NCBI GenBank assembly: GCA_951406725.2
Contig: OX597818.1
Coordinates: forward strand, 36,270,001-36,334,000
Source: Octopus vulgaris
Lineage: Eukaryota
Length of the DNA stretch: 64,000 bases
Direction: 5' to 3'
Every line of letters begins with the position of its first letter. Position 1 is the stretch's first letter. Position numbers and translations under genes: made by a program. Positions 12,451 through 28,932 of this stretch are shown piece after piece. Below the pieces are notes generated by a model. It ran no database searches and had not been told where the DNA came from. It saw only the letters and a list, made by a program, of their open reading frames with translations.

Positions 12451-12506
12451 TAAGGAAGGAAGGAAGGAAGGAAAGAAGGAAGGAAAGAAGGAAGGAAGGA
12501 AAGAAT

Positions 12507-12563
<57 letters not shown>

Positions 12564-12566
12564 AAA
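12451..12566. repeat. (AAGG)n/(AAAG)n purine tract
   Basis: Read directly from the sequence. Confidence 0.95.
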
Positions 12567-13780
12567 GACTATATATATGTATGAGACATACCATAAACAC
12601 ACAACTATCTCCTCAGATCCATACAGCAGAATGCACAAAATACGTACATACATACACACACACACATACATACATATATACACACATATATACATACATA
12701 CATGCATAATGCATACATGTATGTGATGTGTATGTGCGTGCATGGCATATACACATATATGACATACATACATACATATATATGTATATATATGTATATA
12801 TGTATGTATGTCATATATGTGTGCATGTGTTTGCATATATATATATATAATTACACACATATACAGTATCTGTATACTACGCTATATACATATATATTAC
12901 ACTATATGTATGTGTCTGTCTGTCTGTCTGTCTGTCTGTATAACAGTATTTAAATATATAGGACCCTACGTGAATATAGTCCTACATACATATATAGGAC
13001 AGCAACCAAATATGATACACTATGAACTTCTATAGTACACAATATTCATATACACACTACACTCCGTACACGCATATATAGTACAATACGTATACATACT
13101 ACACTAACATGTACAGTTGTACGTATGTGTGTGTGTGTATATCTGTGTATGTATACATGTGTGCGTACACATACACAAACATATATTCCGTCTCCTGTAA
13201 CAATTATTACATACATGTATACATATATATATCAATATATATCACATGATATACATATCAAATGATATCGCACATATCACATGATATACATATAGAGTAC
13301 AATATATACACACACATACACATATATATATATTGCACTATACATCTACGAAGTACACTATACTTATATATAGCGTTCTATTTACACAGATATCAGTACA
13401 CTATGTATTATGTCATAGATGCACATATACTATACTACAAATATATTGTTTATTATGTACATATATGTCACACTTATACATATGCCGGGCAGATATACAC
13501 GTATATAATCCTATATGTACCTGTAGAGCACATGATACTCATATATAGGACACCATGTATATATGTATATATATGTGTATATATATGTATATATGTGTGT
13601 GTGGATGTTTGTATACATATACATACACATTTATATATATATATGTATATATGTATGTATATGTAGCACTATATACATCTGTATAGTATTTTATAAATAT
13701 GTCACTCAAGCAGACGATGGAGTTGGTATGCCATTTGTTTGAAAAACTTAACATACAGGTGTGTTTCGTATTTTTGCTCA

Positions 13781-14524
13781 ACGTCATCATCATCAACATC
13801 GTCGTCGTCATCTCATCATCAGCATCAACTCCTCCACCACCACCACCACCACCACCACCAACATCATCCTCACCACCACCACCAGCACCATCATCATCAT
13901 CATCATCATCATCATCTCATCATCATCAACTCCTCCACCACAATCATCATCACCACCACCACCATCACCACCATCATCATCATCATCATCATCATCTTCA
14001 TCATCATCATCTTCATCATCATCATCATAATCATCAACATCGTCATCATCGTCGTCGTTGTTGCCGGCGTCACCGTTAGCGTTACCATCCCCACCACCAC
14101 CACCACCATCCCCACCACCACCACCACCACCACCACCACCACTACCACCACCACCACCACCATCACCAACATGATCATTACTGTTACCGGCATCATCATC
14201 ATTTCTACCATCACTACCTGCCTCCCCCATCACCATCACATCAGCATTATCATCACTACTGTTACCAACTTCACCTTCATCACACATCCATCAGCCACCG
14301 CCATCAATAGCTCCACAACGATCTCCACCACCTCCACCATCATCATCATCATCATCATTTTCATCATCACCATCAATTTCACCATCACCACCACCTTCAT
14401 CATCATCTTCGTCAACATCATCATCACCATCATCACCATTATCACCATCATCACCATCATCATCACCATCATCATCATCATCATCATCATAATCACCATT
14501 ATCACCATCATCATCATCATTACC

Positions 14525-14573
<49 letters not shown>

Positions 14574-14659
14574 CCATCATCATCATCATTACCATCATCA
14601 TCTCCACCATCATCATCATCATTACCATCATCACCATCATCATCATCACCATCATCATT

Positions 14660-14691
<32 letters not shown>

Positions 14692-14731
14692 TATCATCAT
14701 CATCATCATCATCATTACTATCATCATCATT

Positions 14732-14766
<35 letters not shown>

Positions 14767-14950
14767 TATCATCATCATCATCATCATCATCACCATCATC
14801 ATCACCATAACCATTATCATCATCATGAACATCACCACCAGCACCACCACCACCAACTCCATCGTCATCATCATTATCATCATCACCATCAATTTCACCT
14901 GTATTACCACCACCACCACCACCACCACTGCCGTCGTCATCATCATCTCT
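13781..14950. repeat. Compound (CAT)n/(CAC)n trinucleotide tract, ~1.2 kb
   Basis: Read directly; explains the poly-Ile/His/Met/Asp ORFs. Confidence 0.95.
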
Positions 14951-15248
14951 AACTCCATCCTCGTAATGTCAACGTCATTATTGTCGAAGTTGTCATTGTT
15001 TTAGTTTTTTTTTTTTTTTAATGTCATCATCGTCGTCGTTGTCGTCATCTTCGTCGATGTTGTTGTTGTTGTTGCTCTTCTTCTTCTTCTTCTTCTTGTT
15101 GTTGTTGTTATCCTCTGACGTTACAAATCGAAACTCCTCGATCATGCAATCATGTGCTACTCTCATCCAGAAGAAAAAGAAGAAGGAAGAAGAAGAAGAA
15201 GAAGGAAGAGGGGAAAAATGCAGGCACACAGGCTGGCAGACAAACAGC

Positions 15249-15310
<62 letters not shown>

Positions 15311-15544
15311 TACATGCACACACACACGCGAACACACGCACACACACATGCAGGGGGGCAATTAGACACATACGGACAGGCGTACGGATGCAGACATACG
15401 TTCTGCACTCTTACCGCTTTCAACAGATGCACATAGATGCACAAACACACACACAGACACACACACACACGCACACAACATATACACACACACATACACA
15501 CAGATGAACTAATACGCAGAGAGAAACAGAGAGAAGGAGTGAGT

Positions 15545-15576
<32 letters not shown>

Positions 15577-15746
15577 AACAAAGAAAGAAAGAAAGAAAGA
15601 GAGATAGAGAGAGGTGTTGAGTGTAACGAAAGAGAGATATTAGTAGTCCAGCTCTAACGATGGAATAGAGTGTACCCATAGTGTTTTCTGATATATACAC
15701 TGTATATACACACACATATATACACACACACACATATACACACACA

Positions 15747-15819
<73 letters not shown>

Positions 15820-16109
15820 ATATACAGCTGGAGCTGGTTCTCTAGTCAGCTGTCATTTATTTTAGGGGGGGAAACAGCTAACAGCGCTTCCATACCACAC
15901 ACTAACATAAAAGTTGTTGGAAAGCTAACACACCTTACTGCCATTGTCGTCGCCGTGGCTGTCATCGCCGTTGTCATTGCAGTTGTCATCGCCGTTGTCA
16001 TCGCCGTTGATGCAATCCCGGGCACTATTAACTCAGTCGTAGTAATTTTTATATATTTTTATATTGTTTTGTTCTTCTTCTTAAATCTTCATTACTCTCC
16101 ATAACGACG

Positions 16110-16127
16110 TCCACATCGTCGTCATCA

Positions 16128-16169
<42 letters not shown>

Positions 16170-16500
16170 TCGTCGTCCTCATCGTCATCATCGTCGACAT
16201 CATCATCGCCGTCGTCATCGTCGACATCATCGTCGTCGTCGTCGTCGTCATCGTCTTCTTCATCCTCCTCGTCTTCATCATCATCTTCATCATCATCATT
16301 ATCATCATCATCATCGCCGTCATCGTCTTCGTCGTCATCGTTTTCATCAACGCAGTGGTCATCTGCTCGCCGTTGCCCCTTTCATCGTCGTTGTCATTGC
16401 CGTTATCATCATCATTTACGCCGTCATCGTTGTCAACATCGCCGTCATCATCACCAACACTATCGTTGCTGTCATCATTGTCGCTGTCATCTTCAGTCTC
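16110..16500. repeat. Compound (CGT)n/(CAT)n trinucleotide tract
   Basis: Read directly; CpG-rich relative to the rest of the window. Confidence 0.9.
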
Positions 16501-17007
16501 TTCCGCAATAACAACAACAACAACAACAACGACAACGACGATAATAACAATGACAATAACTACAACGACGACGGTGGCGGCGGCGACGACAATAACGACG
16601 AGAACCAAACGACGATGAAAACAGCAAGAACAACATTTGCGATGACAATAACATCACCGACGACAAGTGGTGACAAGGGAAACGTTTGAAATGCGGGAAG
16701 ACGTAAAACAAGAAGAAGAAGAACAAGAACAACAACAACAACAACAGATGAATTATAAGAAGAATTAACGGCATCAACATTATTAACGTTATGAAAATTA
16801 TCAGCAATTAATAAGAGCGAAAAGGAAGGAAGGAAGGAAGGAAGGAAGGAGGAAGGAAAGAAGTGAAACGAGAAAGGAGTGACAGAGGAAGATAAAACGA
16901 GGAGAAAAAGAAAAAAAAAAGAAAAGAAACAGAGAAAAAAAAAAGAACTTGGAAAATGTGACAAGCATGATGGAGAGAGGGATAGGGAGAGAAGAAGAGA
17001 GATGGAT

Positions 17008-17045
<38 letters not shown>

Positions 17046-17352
17046 TGGAGGCAGATGAGGTAAGATGAAAGAGATCAGATGAAAGAAGAAGAAGAAAAAA
17101 AAAAGGAATACGGGAGAGATTGAAAGTGTAAAAAAGTGTGGTGTTTAAGGGATAGAGAAGGAGAGAAAGAGAGAAAGATTTTTTTAAAAAAAAGGAGAAG
17201 AAAATAGCTTAAGCAAAAATTTTTAAAAATAAAAAAACGAATTTACTAATACTAACAACACAAACAGCACTTATATCAACAATAGCATATCAACAACAAC
17301 TACAACAACAACAACAACAACAACAACAATAGCAGAAGGACAAGAAAAGCAC

Positions 17353-17368
17353 ATGATTAAAACTACAG
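17353..17368 (+). other. Candidate end of a first exon (ATG ATT AAA ACT ACA G|GTAAGA)
   Basis: Strong donor CAG|GTAAGA at 17368/17369; composition switches from purine/AAC-rich to T-rich intron-like sequence; no homology support. Confidence 0.3.
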
Positions 17369-17563
17369 GTAAGATTTCAAACTAAATGCGGCAATGTGTT
17401 GTCTCCTGTACAATTTAAACCCCCAAAAAATATATATTTGTATACATATTTTTATATATTTAAATAGTTCTACTTACTTTGTGTTTTGTTATTAATATTT
17501 TTTTTTATTCATAATTATTATTATATTTATATGTGAGTTTGTATGTATGTGTATGCATGAAGA

Positions 17564-17617
<54 letters not shown>

Positions 17618-18693
17618 TGATAGATAAATATACATGTATATATGTGTATGTATATGAAGACATAAGCATATTTTTATTTATATATTTTATTTATATTTCA
17701 ATTGTTTATTATGTATTGTTAGTCGTTTATTTTTCGAAATACCAGGAGATATGTCTATTTATGTACTGGGATGGTTAATGCTGGCGTTTTTTCAAACTAT
17801 CATAAAACCGTATGGGATATATATAAACGATCTATTACATACTAGATCATTTTATTCATTTATATATATATATATATTATTAAAGAAAAAGAATCTAATA
17901 ATGGCATCAATTAAAATTTTTAAACAATCTCCATTTTTAGCCACAAGGGTGATACAGGATGGGTATAATATAACGATAGAAATACAAGTGATTTTTTTTA
18001 CTATAATTCAGAGATAATACATTTATTTCGGACACTGGTTCCAGCTTTTTCTCTAGATCACGGGTTCACAACCTGAAGGGCATTTATTTCAGCCTCGTAC
18101 ACATCACAAACACTTCACATAGAAAAGGGGTAATTTTAAGAATTCAACGAGGGCTGGTGGAGGGTAAATTAGGAGCTATGTTTAATGAGGTGTAATGTCC
18201 TGTAGGGGTATGTAGAATCTGGTGTCTAGCTCCATGTACTAATCAGCGAAAACTTTACACGGCATTCATACAATTGCGTAAACATATTCACAGATATCAT
18301 GCACGTAAGTGCACAAGCTACACATAATGTACTAACGCACATAAAAGTAGACAGACACACTGACACACAAATACTCACGCACATACATACACATATATAT
18401 TTATATATATATATATATATAGCTACCCATCTATTTACCTATCTATCTATCTTTCTGTTCATCTCTCTATTTATTTATTTATTTATTTATTTATCTGTAT
18501 GTAAGTATTTTTATCATATATGAAGCTATGCATGTATGTATGTGATGACATACATATCAACTTAGAGTGTATGAAATTTATATGTATATCAGAGTGCATG
18601 TGTGTAATTTTCAATGACGTTATGTATAAATGATAGACATTAGAATATGTCATTCTGTAGAGAGTGTGTGTGTTGGTATATATACTGATGTAA

Positions 18694-18728
<35 letters not shown>

Positions 18729-18964
18729 GCAGTATTACCATGTTCATGTACAGGATTGGGGTGAACACGTGCCTTGTTGAAACAAACCACAACTCGTGAC
18801 TCGTAGCGGTAACTGAATAGCTTAAAAGTTCAATGACCAGGCAAACACACATACACACTCAGACACGCATAGCTTCACACAGATACGCAGAGACACGCAT
18901 AGCTACACTCAAAAGCATTCACATAAATACCTATATTTCTATATTTATACATACACTTATGTGC

Positions 18965-19007
<43 letters not shown>

Positions 19008-19038
19008 AAATATATCATATATATATATAAAATATATC

Positions 19039-19140
<102 letters not shown>

Positions 19141-19228
19141 AATAGATACGGATATAGATAGAAGAAATTATATTATATCTATCTATATTATATATAGATA
19201 GAAGTTATACATACATTTATATATGGAC

Positions 19229-19272
<44 letters not shown>

Positions 19273-19294
19273 GTTTATCTGTCTCTAATGTATA

Positions 19295-19345
<51 letters not shown>

Positions 19346-19746
19346 GTACTTGTGTGTTTATATACATGCATGAGTGTATGTATATAAGCATGCACGAATG
19401 TCAATTTGTGTGAATATGCATCGGTGTATATAGAAACAGGTATCAATACACACAGTACACACATACACAAAAAAAAAGTAAAGAATCTTCCTATACATTT
19501 TCATGCATTTCAAAATGTTTTTGTTCTTATATCTATAAAACGACTTATAAATCACTTGATGTAATTCATAATATACGTTGCATAAAACAAGTGTGAGCTT
19601 TGAATGAAAAAAAATTCTTTCAGTTTTTCATTTTTATCTCTGTTTCTAAAACTCAATTACTAAAATATGGGCCTCGAAAGAAAGAAAAAAATTTAAAATA
19701 GAAATAATGAAGTGTATACTTAATACATACACAGGTTGTAATATAT

Positions 19747-19810
<64 letters not shown>

Positions 19811-19859
19811 ATGCACACATGTATATATATATATATCTATTTATCTCAATATCTACCCC

Positions 19860-19951
<92 letters not shown>

Positions 19952-19987
19952 CATCCTTATATGTGTATTTTTGATAATATTTAGCAG

Positions 19988-20081
19988 AAGCAACAGAGTG
20001 ACTCAAGGGACGAGACTTTCGTTCGTTTTTTGATAAGGTCCATCGCACGAAACTCACGGTCTTTGAGTCACACTGATGCTT
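19988..20081. repeat. Short palindromic (hairpin) element
   Basis: AAGCAACAGAGTGACTCAAGGGAC pairs with GTCTTTGAGTCACACTGATGCTT; the inner arms also pair (TTTCG/CGAAA). Confidence 0.8.
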
Positions 20082-20138
20082 GAGTTACTCTGCTATATAG
20101 TATTTAATATGCATACATACGTATATATATATATACAT

Positions 20139-20186
<48 letters not shown>

Positions 20187-20369
20187 CCCTTTCACACAAA
20201 TACGTGTGTTTGTGTGTGTGTGCGTTTGTGGGCGAGCGAATGGGATTTATTGAGTTACATCTGGTCAGTAAGTTTGTCCTTGACCAAATTATGGGTCATA
20301 AGGGATCGAAAGGTGCAGTTCCATTTTGAGTAGTTTATTGAGCAACTTTAATACTCTACGTACATGCAT

Positions 20370-20406
<37 letters not shown>

Positions 20407-21319
20407 CACACACACAGACAAAAACACACACGTATTTGTGCATAGGTGCATGCATGTACATGTGTACGTGTATGTGTGTGTTTGTTGGTGTGTGCGGTGT
20501 TATTTGAACTCTGACATCCATAGCTATACTGCAGAATACTGCATAGAGTTAACGCTGCCATATGTCCCATAAGCAATTCAGGATTTAGAATAACAACAAC
20601 GATTAGATGCAGGCTTAATTTTGGGACAAACTGTAAATCGTATCTGTGGGTGTATATCCGTGGATGTATATGGGTGTATATATGTGATCTTATGTGTACA
20701 TGCTCGGATTTATTATCTAATTCTACTTTTAACTTTTGGATCCATTTCTGTATCGACAGTAAAACAACTGCTTTCACTTTGGCACGTAAAGAGCAAGCAC
20801 ATGATTTCACGAGCCATTACACAAGAAGAGGATGATATACAGTATACACACACACACACATACACATGTATATATATATATACGTATATATACATATGCA
20901 TGTATGTATACGTGTGTATACATGTGTATATGTGTATATATATGCGCTTGTGTATTTACGTTTGTGTGGGTATATGCACACCACCATATATACAAAAATA
21001 TATAATATATACAAATATATCGATATAGATGCAACACACACACACACACACACACACATATTATATATATATATATGTATGTATGTATACATAAACATAT
21101 ACAAACTCACATACACATGTATATACATTCAGACATACTTGGGTACATATATGTATTTCTTTTCCTCTTCCACACACATATATATATATGTGTGTGTGTG
21201 TGCGTGTATATATATATTTATGTATATATTTATATATATATTCATATATACTCATATATATTTATATAGATTTATAGATTCGTGTATGCTCGTACATGCT
21301 TGTACACAAACTATAGAAA

Positions 21320-21374
<55 letters not shown>

Positions 21375-21715
21375 TACGTATGTATTTTCTATGTATGTAT
21401 GTACGCATAGTTATACAAAGCTGCATACATGGATACAATCCATGATTGATTGATGTGCGAACGAGTATTTGGGGTAAAATATGCAGAAAGGCACATGTGT
21501 GATGCGGAACGTTCCAGCAATAACGAGGCAGGAAGTGTCATTACAGGAACGCATAATAATGAAGTCCCGTGATTAGATAAAAAATACACACACACACGCA
21601 TTCCCATATATACATATCATATATATGTATACATACAGCCACCTACAAACATTATATTCATACATATTGTGAGTCTGTGTGTGTGTGTGTCACTTGCTAT
21701 GCAAGTACATCTCCG

Positions 21716-21759
<44 letters not shown>

Positions 21760-21990
21760 TTGCCGCAGTCAGTAGACTGTGGCCATGCTGGAGCAAAGCC
21801 TTGAAGAATTCTAAATTGGATGAGTAGATCCCTGTACGTTTCTTTTTAAAGCTTGGTATTTATTCTAGCGGTCTCTTTGCCGAACCGCTACGTCAGGGGG
21901 ACGTAAATACTCCAACACCGGTTGTCAAGTAGCGGTGGTTGACATATACAGATGCGAATACACACAGACATGTATTTATACAAACATACA
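21760..21990 (-). mobile_element. Partial microsatellite-containing tRNA SINE (family of 49341-49837)
   Basis: GACTGTGGCCATGCTGGAGCA...GCCGAACCGCTA...GGGGACGTAAA...CGGTTGTCAAG matches the 49341 copy. Confidence 0.75.
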
Positions 21991-22127
21991 TACACACACA
22001 CACACACATATGTGAATGTATCTGTGTATGTATGTAAATACATACATACATCTATCTATCTATCCATCCCTCTCGAAACAGAGGGATAGATAGATTGATA
22101 GATAGATAGATAGATAGATAGATAGAG

Positions 22128-22162
<35 letters not shown>

Positions 22163-22477
22163 GAAATATATATATATATACACACACACTCACACATGCA
22201 CATACTTTCACACATAAACACACACACTCCATATTGAGCCAAGATTGGGTCACATGCTTTGCACAGCTGATTTTTCTTGGCTCTCTGAGTTATCTCCCCT
22301 TGATAACGCTACTTTCATTTTCGTAAATTCCTAATTTATTTTTTATTTTTATTTTCACTCTAATTCTTTTTTTTTTATTGCATTTTTTCTTAGCTGTTTA
22401 TTTATTATTTTGCGACTTTGCGGGTATGTTCGTATATACGACGGTGTGTTTGTCCTTGGGTACTAGAGCCAGTATGT

Positions 22478-22534
<57 letters not shown>

Positions 22535-22747
22535 TGTGTTTGGGATGTGCGTATACGTAGTTGTGGATGTGTATACGCTTGTGTACGTGTGTATGTGTGT
22601 GTGTTTTGGCACGTGTTTTCCATGAAGTGTGTCCGTGTGTTTGCTCGGTGGAAAAATGAAATTTAGAATCTGCTCCAATGCAACATCTTCTATCGTTGCC
22701 TCTGGAGCAAAATACACAAATCATCACCATCATCATCATCATCATCT

Positions 22748-22812
<65 letters not shown>

Positions 22813-23086
22813 CTTTTTATGGTCTCTCATCTGTCACTTTTAAGGTAAATAAAAAAAAATCAGCTATGGTATTATTACCATTATTATTATTATTGCTATT
22901 ATTGTTATTATTATACCAGTTAAACACTGGGGTCGATGTACTCGACTCTTCTCCCTCCCTTCAAAACTGCTACCCTTGTGGCACAATTTGAAACTATTAT
23001 TATTATTATTATTATCATCATCATCATCATTATTATTGTCGTTGTTATTCATCTCAACTTTAAATCTTACTGTTAAATTTCGTCCG

Positions 23087-23119
<33 letters not shown>

Positions 23120-23138
23120 TATATATGTGTGTGTGCAT

Positions 23139-23171
<33 letters not shown>

Positions 23172-23193
23172 AACACACACACTCATATCTATA

Positions 23194-23230
<37 letters not shown>

Positions 23231-23351
23231 CTTTTAATATTATCTTTTGGTATATTTTTTTCGTTTCTACAAACATTTTTATCATTCTTTCTCTTTCGCT
23301 CTCTTTCGCTCATTCTCAGTTGCACACACACACACACACTCTCTCTTTCTT

Positions 23352-23384
<33 letters not shown>

Positions 23385-23435
23385 TTCTCTCCCTTTCTCT
23401 CAGAGTCTCTTTATATCCAAAAAGACATCTCTAAT

Positions 23436-23483
<48 letters not shown>

Positions 23484-24069
23484 AATATACACGTATGTGT
23501 GTGCGCGTGTGTGTGTGTGTGCGTGTATTTCTTTCATTTTGCACACACACTACACACAAACGAACATACACAGGCACGCACACACTTCGTACTTATTAGA
23601 TACCTGTTAAGGAAGAAGCTCTGAAACACACACGAAGGACACATACACGGAGATGCACACGTTCACACACAGGCACACACCACATTCCCATACATACTGA
23701 TATATATATACATATATGCACAACGACATTTTTGCAAATCAACGCATGTATATATGTGTATGTGCATGTAAAAATCGCATACACACAAATACACACACAG
23801 ACACACACACAAACCGTAAGTACGAGCGTACATACATAAATACTTTCATATATACATACATGTATACGTTCATACCTTCCTATATACATACATATATACA
23901 TAACTACATACTTACATGAATAATAGAGGTATGCATACATACCTTCATACGCACATACATACATGTATACAAAAATACTTTCATACATACGTATATACCT
24001 TCATACATATATACATATATACATGCATACCTATATATACATATATATATATATGCATATATATATATG

Positions 24070-24129
<60 letters not shown>

Positions 24130-24144
24130 TTTATATATATATGC

Positions 24145-24203
<59 letters not shown>

Positions 24204-24361
24204 CACAACTACCTACATGCATACATATATACATACATAGATACATACATGTTCGATTTAGCTTCCATTTTTTTTTTAATTCGTATCATTTTTCACCCTA
24301 CAAAACATTGGTGTAACGTTGGGTTTGTGTGTTCCTTTACATTTACATGTATAAACGCATG

Positions 24362-24405
<44 letters not shown>

Positions 24406-24495
24406 CGCACACACACACACACACACACACATAGATATATGTGTATGTAAAGCTATCACTGTTAATATGTGTGTGTGTGTATCGCTCTGGGAGAA

Positions 24496-24533
<38 letters not shown>

Positions 24534-24742
24534 AATACCATCTCTTGTCACATGCTTTCTCGTGCTCCCCTCCCCTCCTCTCCCTAACCTAACATTAACC
24601 ACCCACCCATACCATCCATTTAACCTGCTGCTTAATTCCTTCACAGAATTTTACCTTCCATCCGTCATTCGTTCACTGATTCCTCGCACGCACATGATTC
24701 TCTCCTTCATTCGCTCATTCATAGTTTCTTTCATTATCACTA

Positions 24743-24793
<51 letters not shown>

Positions 24794-24893
24794 CTCACTC
24801 TTTAAAATTTACTCTGCGGTATTATCTCATTCTCTTTCTCTCTCTCTCTCTCTCTCTTGCCTCTTCCCTCCTTCTCTCTCTCATGCCTCTTTT

Positions 24894-24931
<38 letters not shown>

Positions 24932-24975
24932 ATCTATCTATCTGCAAATCTATCTATCTGTCTATCTATCTATCC

Positions 24976-25017
<42 letters not shown>

Positions 25018-25048
25018 ATATCTATCTATCTATCTATATAAATATATA

Positions 25049-25091
<43 letters not shown>

Positions 25092-26311
25092 TGTTTACCT
25101 ATCTCGGTCTTTCTCTCAGCCTCTCTCTCCCCTTCTCTCTCAATATATATATATATATATATATATATTATCTCTCTATCCATTTATCCAACTCTCTCTC
25201 TTTTCCCCTCTCTCTCCCTCTTTCATTACATATACATATATATATATTTATCTCTATATCCATTTATCCAACTCTCTGTGTTTCTCCCATCTCTCTCTCT
25301 CTTTCTCTTTCTCTCTCTCTCTCTCTTTCCCTCCTTCATTCCTTTCAACGATCTCTTCATCACTACCATATCACTTTGCTCCCCCTCTTTTTTTATTGTG
25401 GTTTTTGTTTTTCCTTTCTTCCCTTCTTTCATTATTTCACACTACCTTTCTTTCTCTTCTCTACAGATTTATATTTCGTTCTGTCTCCCCTGGAGAAATC
25501 TGATACACACACACATACGTACACACACACCTACACAGACACACACACACACACACACACTGAGACACACACACAAACACACTCAGACACACACACAAAA
25601 ACTCATACACAAACACAAACGTGAACACACACACACCAAACGCACACATACACACACACAAACAAACACACACGCAAACACTCATACACAAACACAAATG
25701 CGAAGACACGCACACACCAAACACACACGCACACACAAATATGTACACACACACACACATACAAACACACACACACAAACGCAAATGCGCGCACACACAC
25801 ACATATTCACACACACACACAAACATGCAAAATATCTAGCTTTTTGTCTCGGTTGATTATTCCCTTACTTCCCACCCCACCACCCTGTTTTTCTCTCTTC
25901 TTCTCTCTTTCTATACACACACGTACATATAAATACATACGAATACATATATCTAGGTATATGTGTGTATATATGTATGTATGTATGCATGCACACACAC
26001 ACACACATATACATACATACATACATACATACATACATACATACCTACACTTATGTCTGCTTGTGCTTGCATGTATGTGTGTGTGTGTGTGTCATTGCGT
26101 TTGTGTGTCTGTGTGTGCATGTGTGTGTGTTATGTGTGTGTGAATGTGTGTGTGTTTGTGTGTGTGTGTGTTTGCATCACTGATACTCTTTCTTCGCTGC
26201 ATCTCTTCATTTCACATCAACCTTTCTCTCTTTCCTTCTCTCTCCATCTCCCTCACTCTCTCTGTCTCTCTCTTCCTCTTCTCCATTCCTTCTCTCCATC
26301 TCTCTCTCTCA

Positions 26312-26352
<41 letters not shown>

Positions 26353-27259
26353 TCTATACATATCTATTTGTCTCGTTTGTATATATCTCTATCATTATTC
26401 AACACTCTCTCCCTCATAACACAGTCTCTCTCATATCCGCACTGCATTTTCTTTCTTCCTCTCCATCATGTCTTATCTCTCTCCACTCTCTATTCACTTC
26501 TTCTCCTCACTCTCCGCTCCACTCTCCTCATAGCACGCGCTTAAAACCCCCACCTCTCTTCTACCGCTCTCCCACACACTTGTATGATATTGCTCCTATT
26601 AACTTATCGCTTAGTTACTTCTGTCTTCCGACAAAATCAGCTGACGATTTATGCTGTCTATGATTGTCACATTAAAAAGAAGTTTTTTATCAGTCTTTTT
26701 ATCATATTTTTCTTTATTCAAATGCATTTATTTTTTTCGATATATTCATCTATTTCTTCATAAAATTATGTCACATAATTATATAAAAATATATAATTTT
26801 ATAACAATAAATGAATTCATATTGTTCCATCCAATTAACCTTTTTCATCCCCCTCATCATTCGTAATATTTGTTGTAATTCTAAGTACTTTAAGTGGGCG
26901 TTTGTAAATTTTAATGAAGTAAGTGTTTATTTGCGAAAATGTTGCACTTTCCCGGGACATAATAGATTTAATTAAATGACATGGATTCAATAAAGAATCA
27001 AAATCGTTTTGTGAACTTGAGTTCGACGACAATTGACAAGATGACCAAAGCGCTGGACCATCGCAAAATGACAGAGCTCTCGTTACTCAAATTTGACAAA
27101 GGCCATACATTTGCATGGAGAACATCATATTCCTTATAAATGAATCGTGTCGATGCCCCGTTCTTATTCTATCACTCTTGAATGAATTAAATGCGAAGTA
27201 CATTGATCCCTGCACTCACACCTACAACAATATGCTGCATCTTTCAGAGAGAGAGGAAT

Positions 27260-27340
27260 ATGTTCCATAAAATCATAATTAACTGACCCATCTGTATTTT
27301 CTTTAACCCAAAGTCAGGAACTTTTTTGCAACCCTCGCGT
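27260..27340 (-). mobile_element. Tc1/mariner-like terminal fragment
   Basis: Minus strand CGAGGGTTGCAAAAAAGTTCCTGACTTTGGG next to TA resembles a mariner TIR; no partner end seen. Confidence 0.4.
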
Positions 27341-27341
27341 G

Positions 27342-27378
<37 letters not shown>

Positions 27379-27552
27379 ACGTATGTATGTATATGTATGT
27401 CTATATATCTATGTATATGTATATATATATACATATATATGGATATATATATATATGTATGTATATGTATGTATATATATATATATACACACACATATAT
27501 ATGTATGTATGTATATATATATATATACACATATATATGCATTCATATACAT

Positions 27553-27756
<204 letters not shown>

Positions 27757-28532
27757 CATTGATACTTTTTATTGTAGCAAATACTAGCTTGGGAGTGGGG
27801 ATATTGGGAACAACTATAATCGATTGTTTCGACCCGTGCATATGACTAGTACTTACTTGATTGACTCTAGATTCCATTAGGCAGATGAAAGGAAAGGCCT
27901 ATCTCACCATTTTTTTCATCTCAGTAACTAGATATAAGCAACTGAAATATTACACAAAATGTATATTTTGACTGAAGCTCTACAGGATCATCTACATCAC
28001 AGCTCTTTATATAAATACCTATTAATTATTCATGTTCCCCATCCCCACATAAAGTGGAGAACTAGGATTTTGTAAGAGTTTCGTATTCCGTTTCTCCCTT
28101 TTCTTATTTTTTGCTCTTGGGACCTCCGTGGGTTATGTGAAATGAAATATCTTCACTCAAGTGTTTTGAAACTGCATTGCGGTCTCTTTATTTTGTGAAC
28201 ATATATTTCTTTTTTAAAACATCTGGTCAAGTATGAAGATATTTATATCAAACTGAAAAAAAAATTATGCATTAAATATGAAAAGCATACCTTCTAAAAC
28301 GTTCCTAATTGTCTTGGCAAATACATCAGGATGTTAAGATACGTAGAAGGCTCAAGTTGCACTTGCTTCTAACAGTATAATAAGCAACGGTATACTCTAT
28401 AATAGCTGTATTTATAAGTACACAGCCATGCTATAAAGATTATCTTAAACTTATCTCTTCTTATTTCTGTAACCCAGTCTCTTTCTCTTCCTCTTTCTCT
28501 TTCACACAAAGACCCGTATACCCCGTATACAC

Positions 28533-28563
<31 letters not shown>

Positions 28564-28733
28564 TGTATGTATGTATGTATGTATGTATGTATGTCTATAT
28601 ATATATATATGCTTGCATGCATGTCTGTGCATACATACAAGCACACAAACACACACACACACAGACACAGATTCGTACATACACACACACGTACATACAC
28701 GCACATATAAACACATATAAATATATATATATG

Positions 28734-28829
<96 letters not shown>

Positions 28830-28891
28830 AGCTCCTTCTATATAATAAATATATATATATATATTTATTATATAGAAGGAGCTATATATAA

Positions 28892-28932
<41 letters not shown>

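Noticed and set aside
13739-15004. 421-aa ORF and overlapping His-, Met- and Asp-rich ORFs
   Set aside because: Pure CAT/CAC slippage tract; the repeat phase shifts relative to each frame, with no domain or splice support.
26835-27120. Possible piggyBac left end (TTAACC..., acidic DDQSAGPS-like peptide)
   Set aside because: No matching right TIR or catalytic motifs; evidence too thin.
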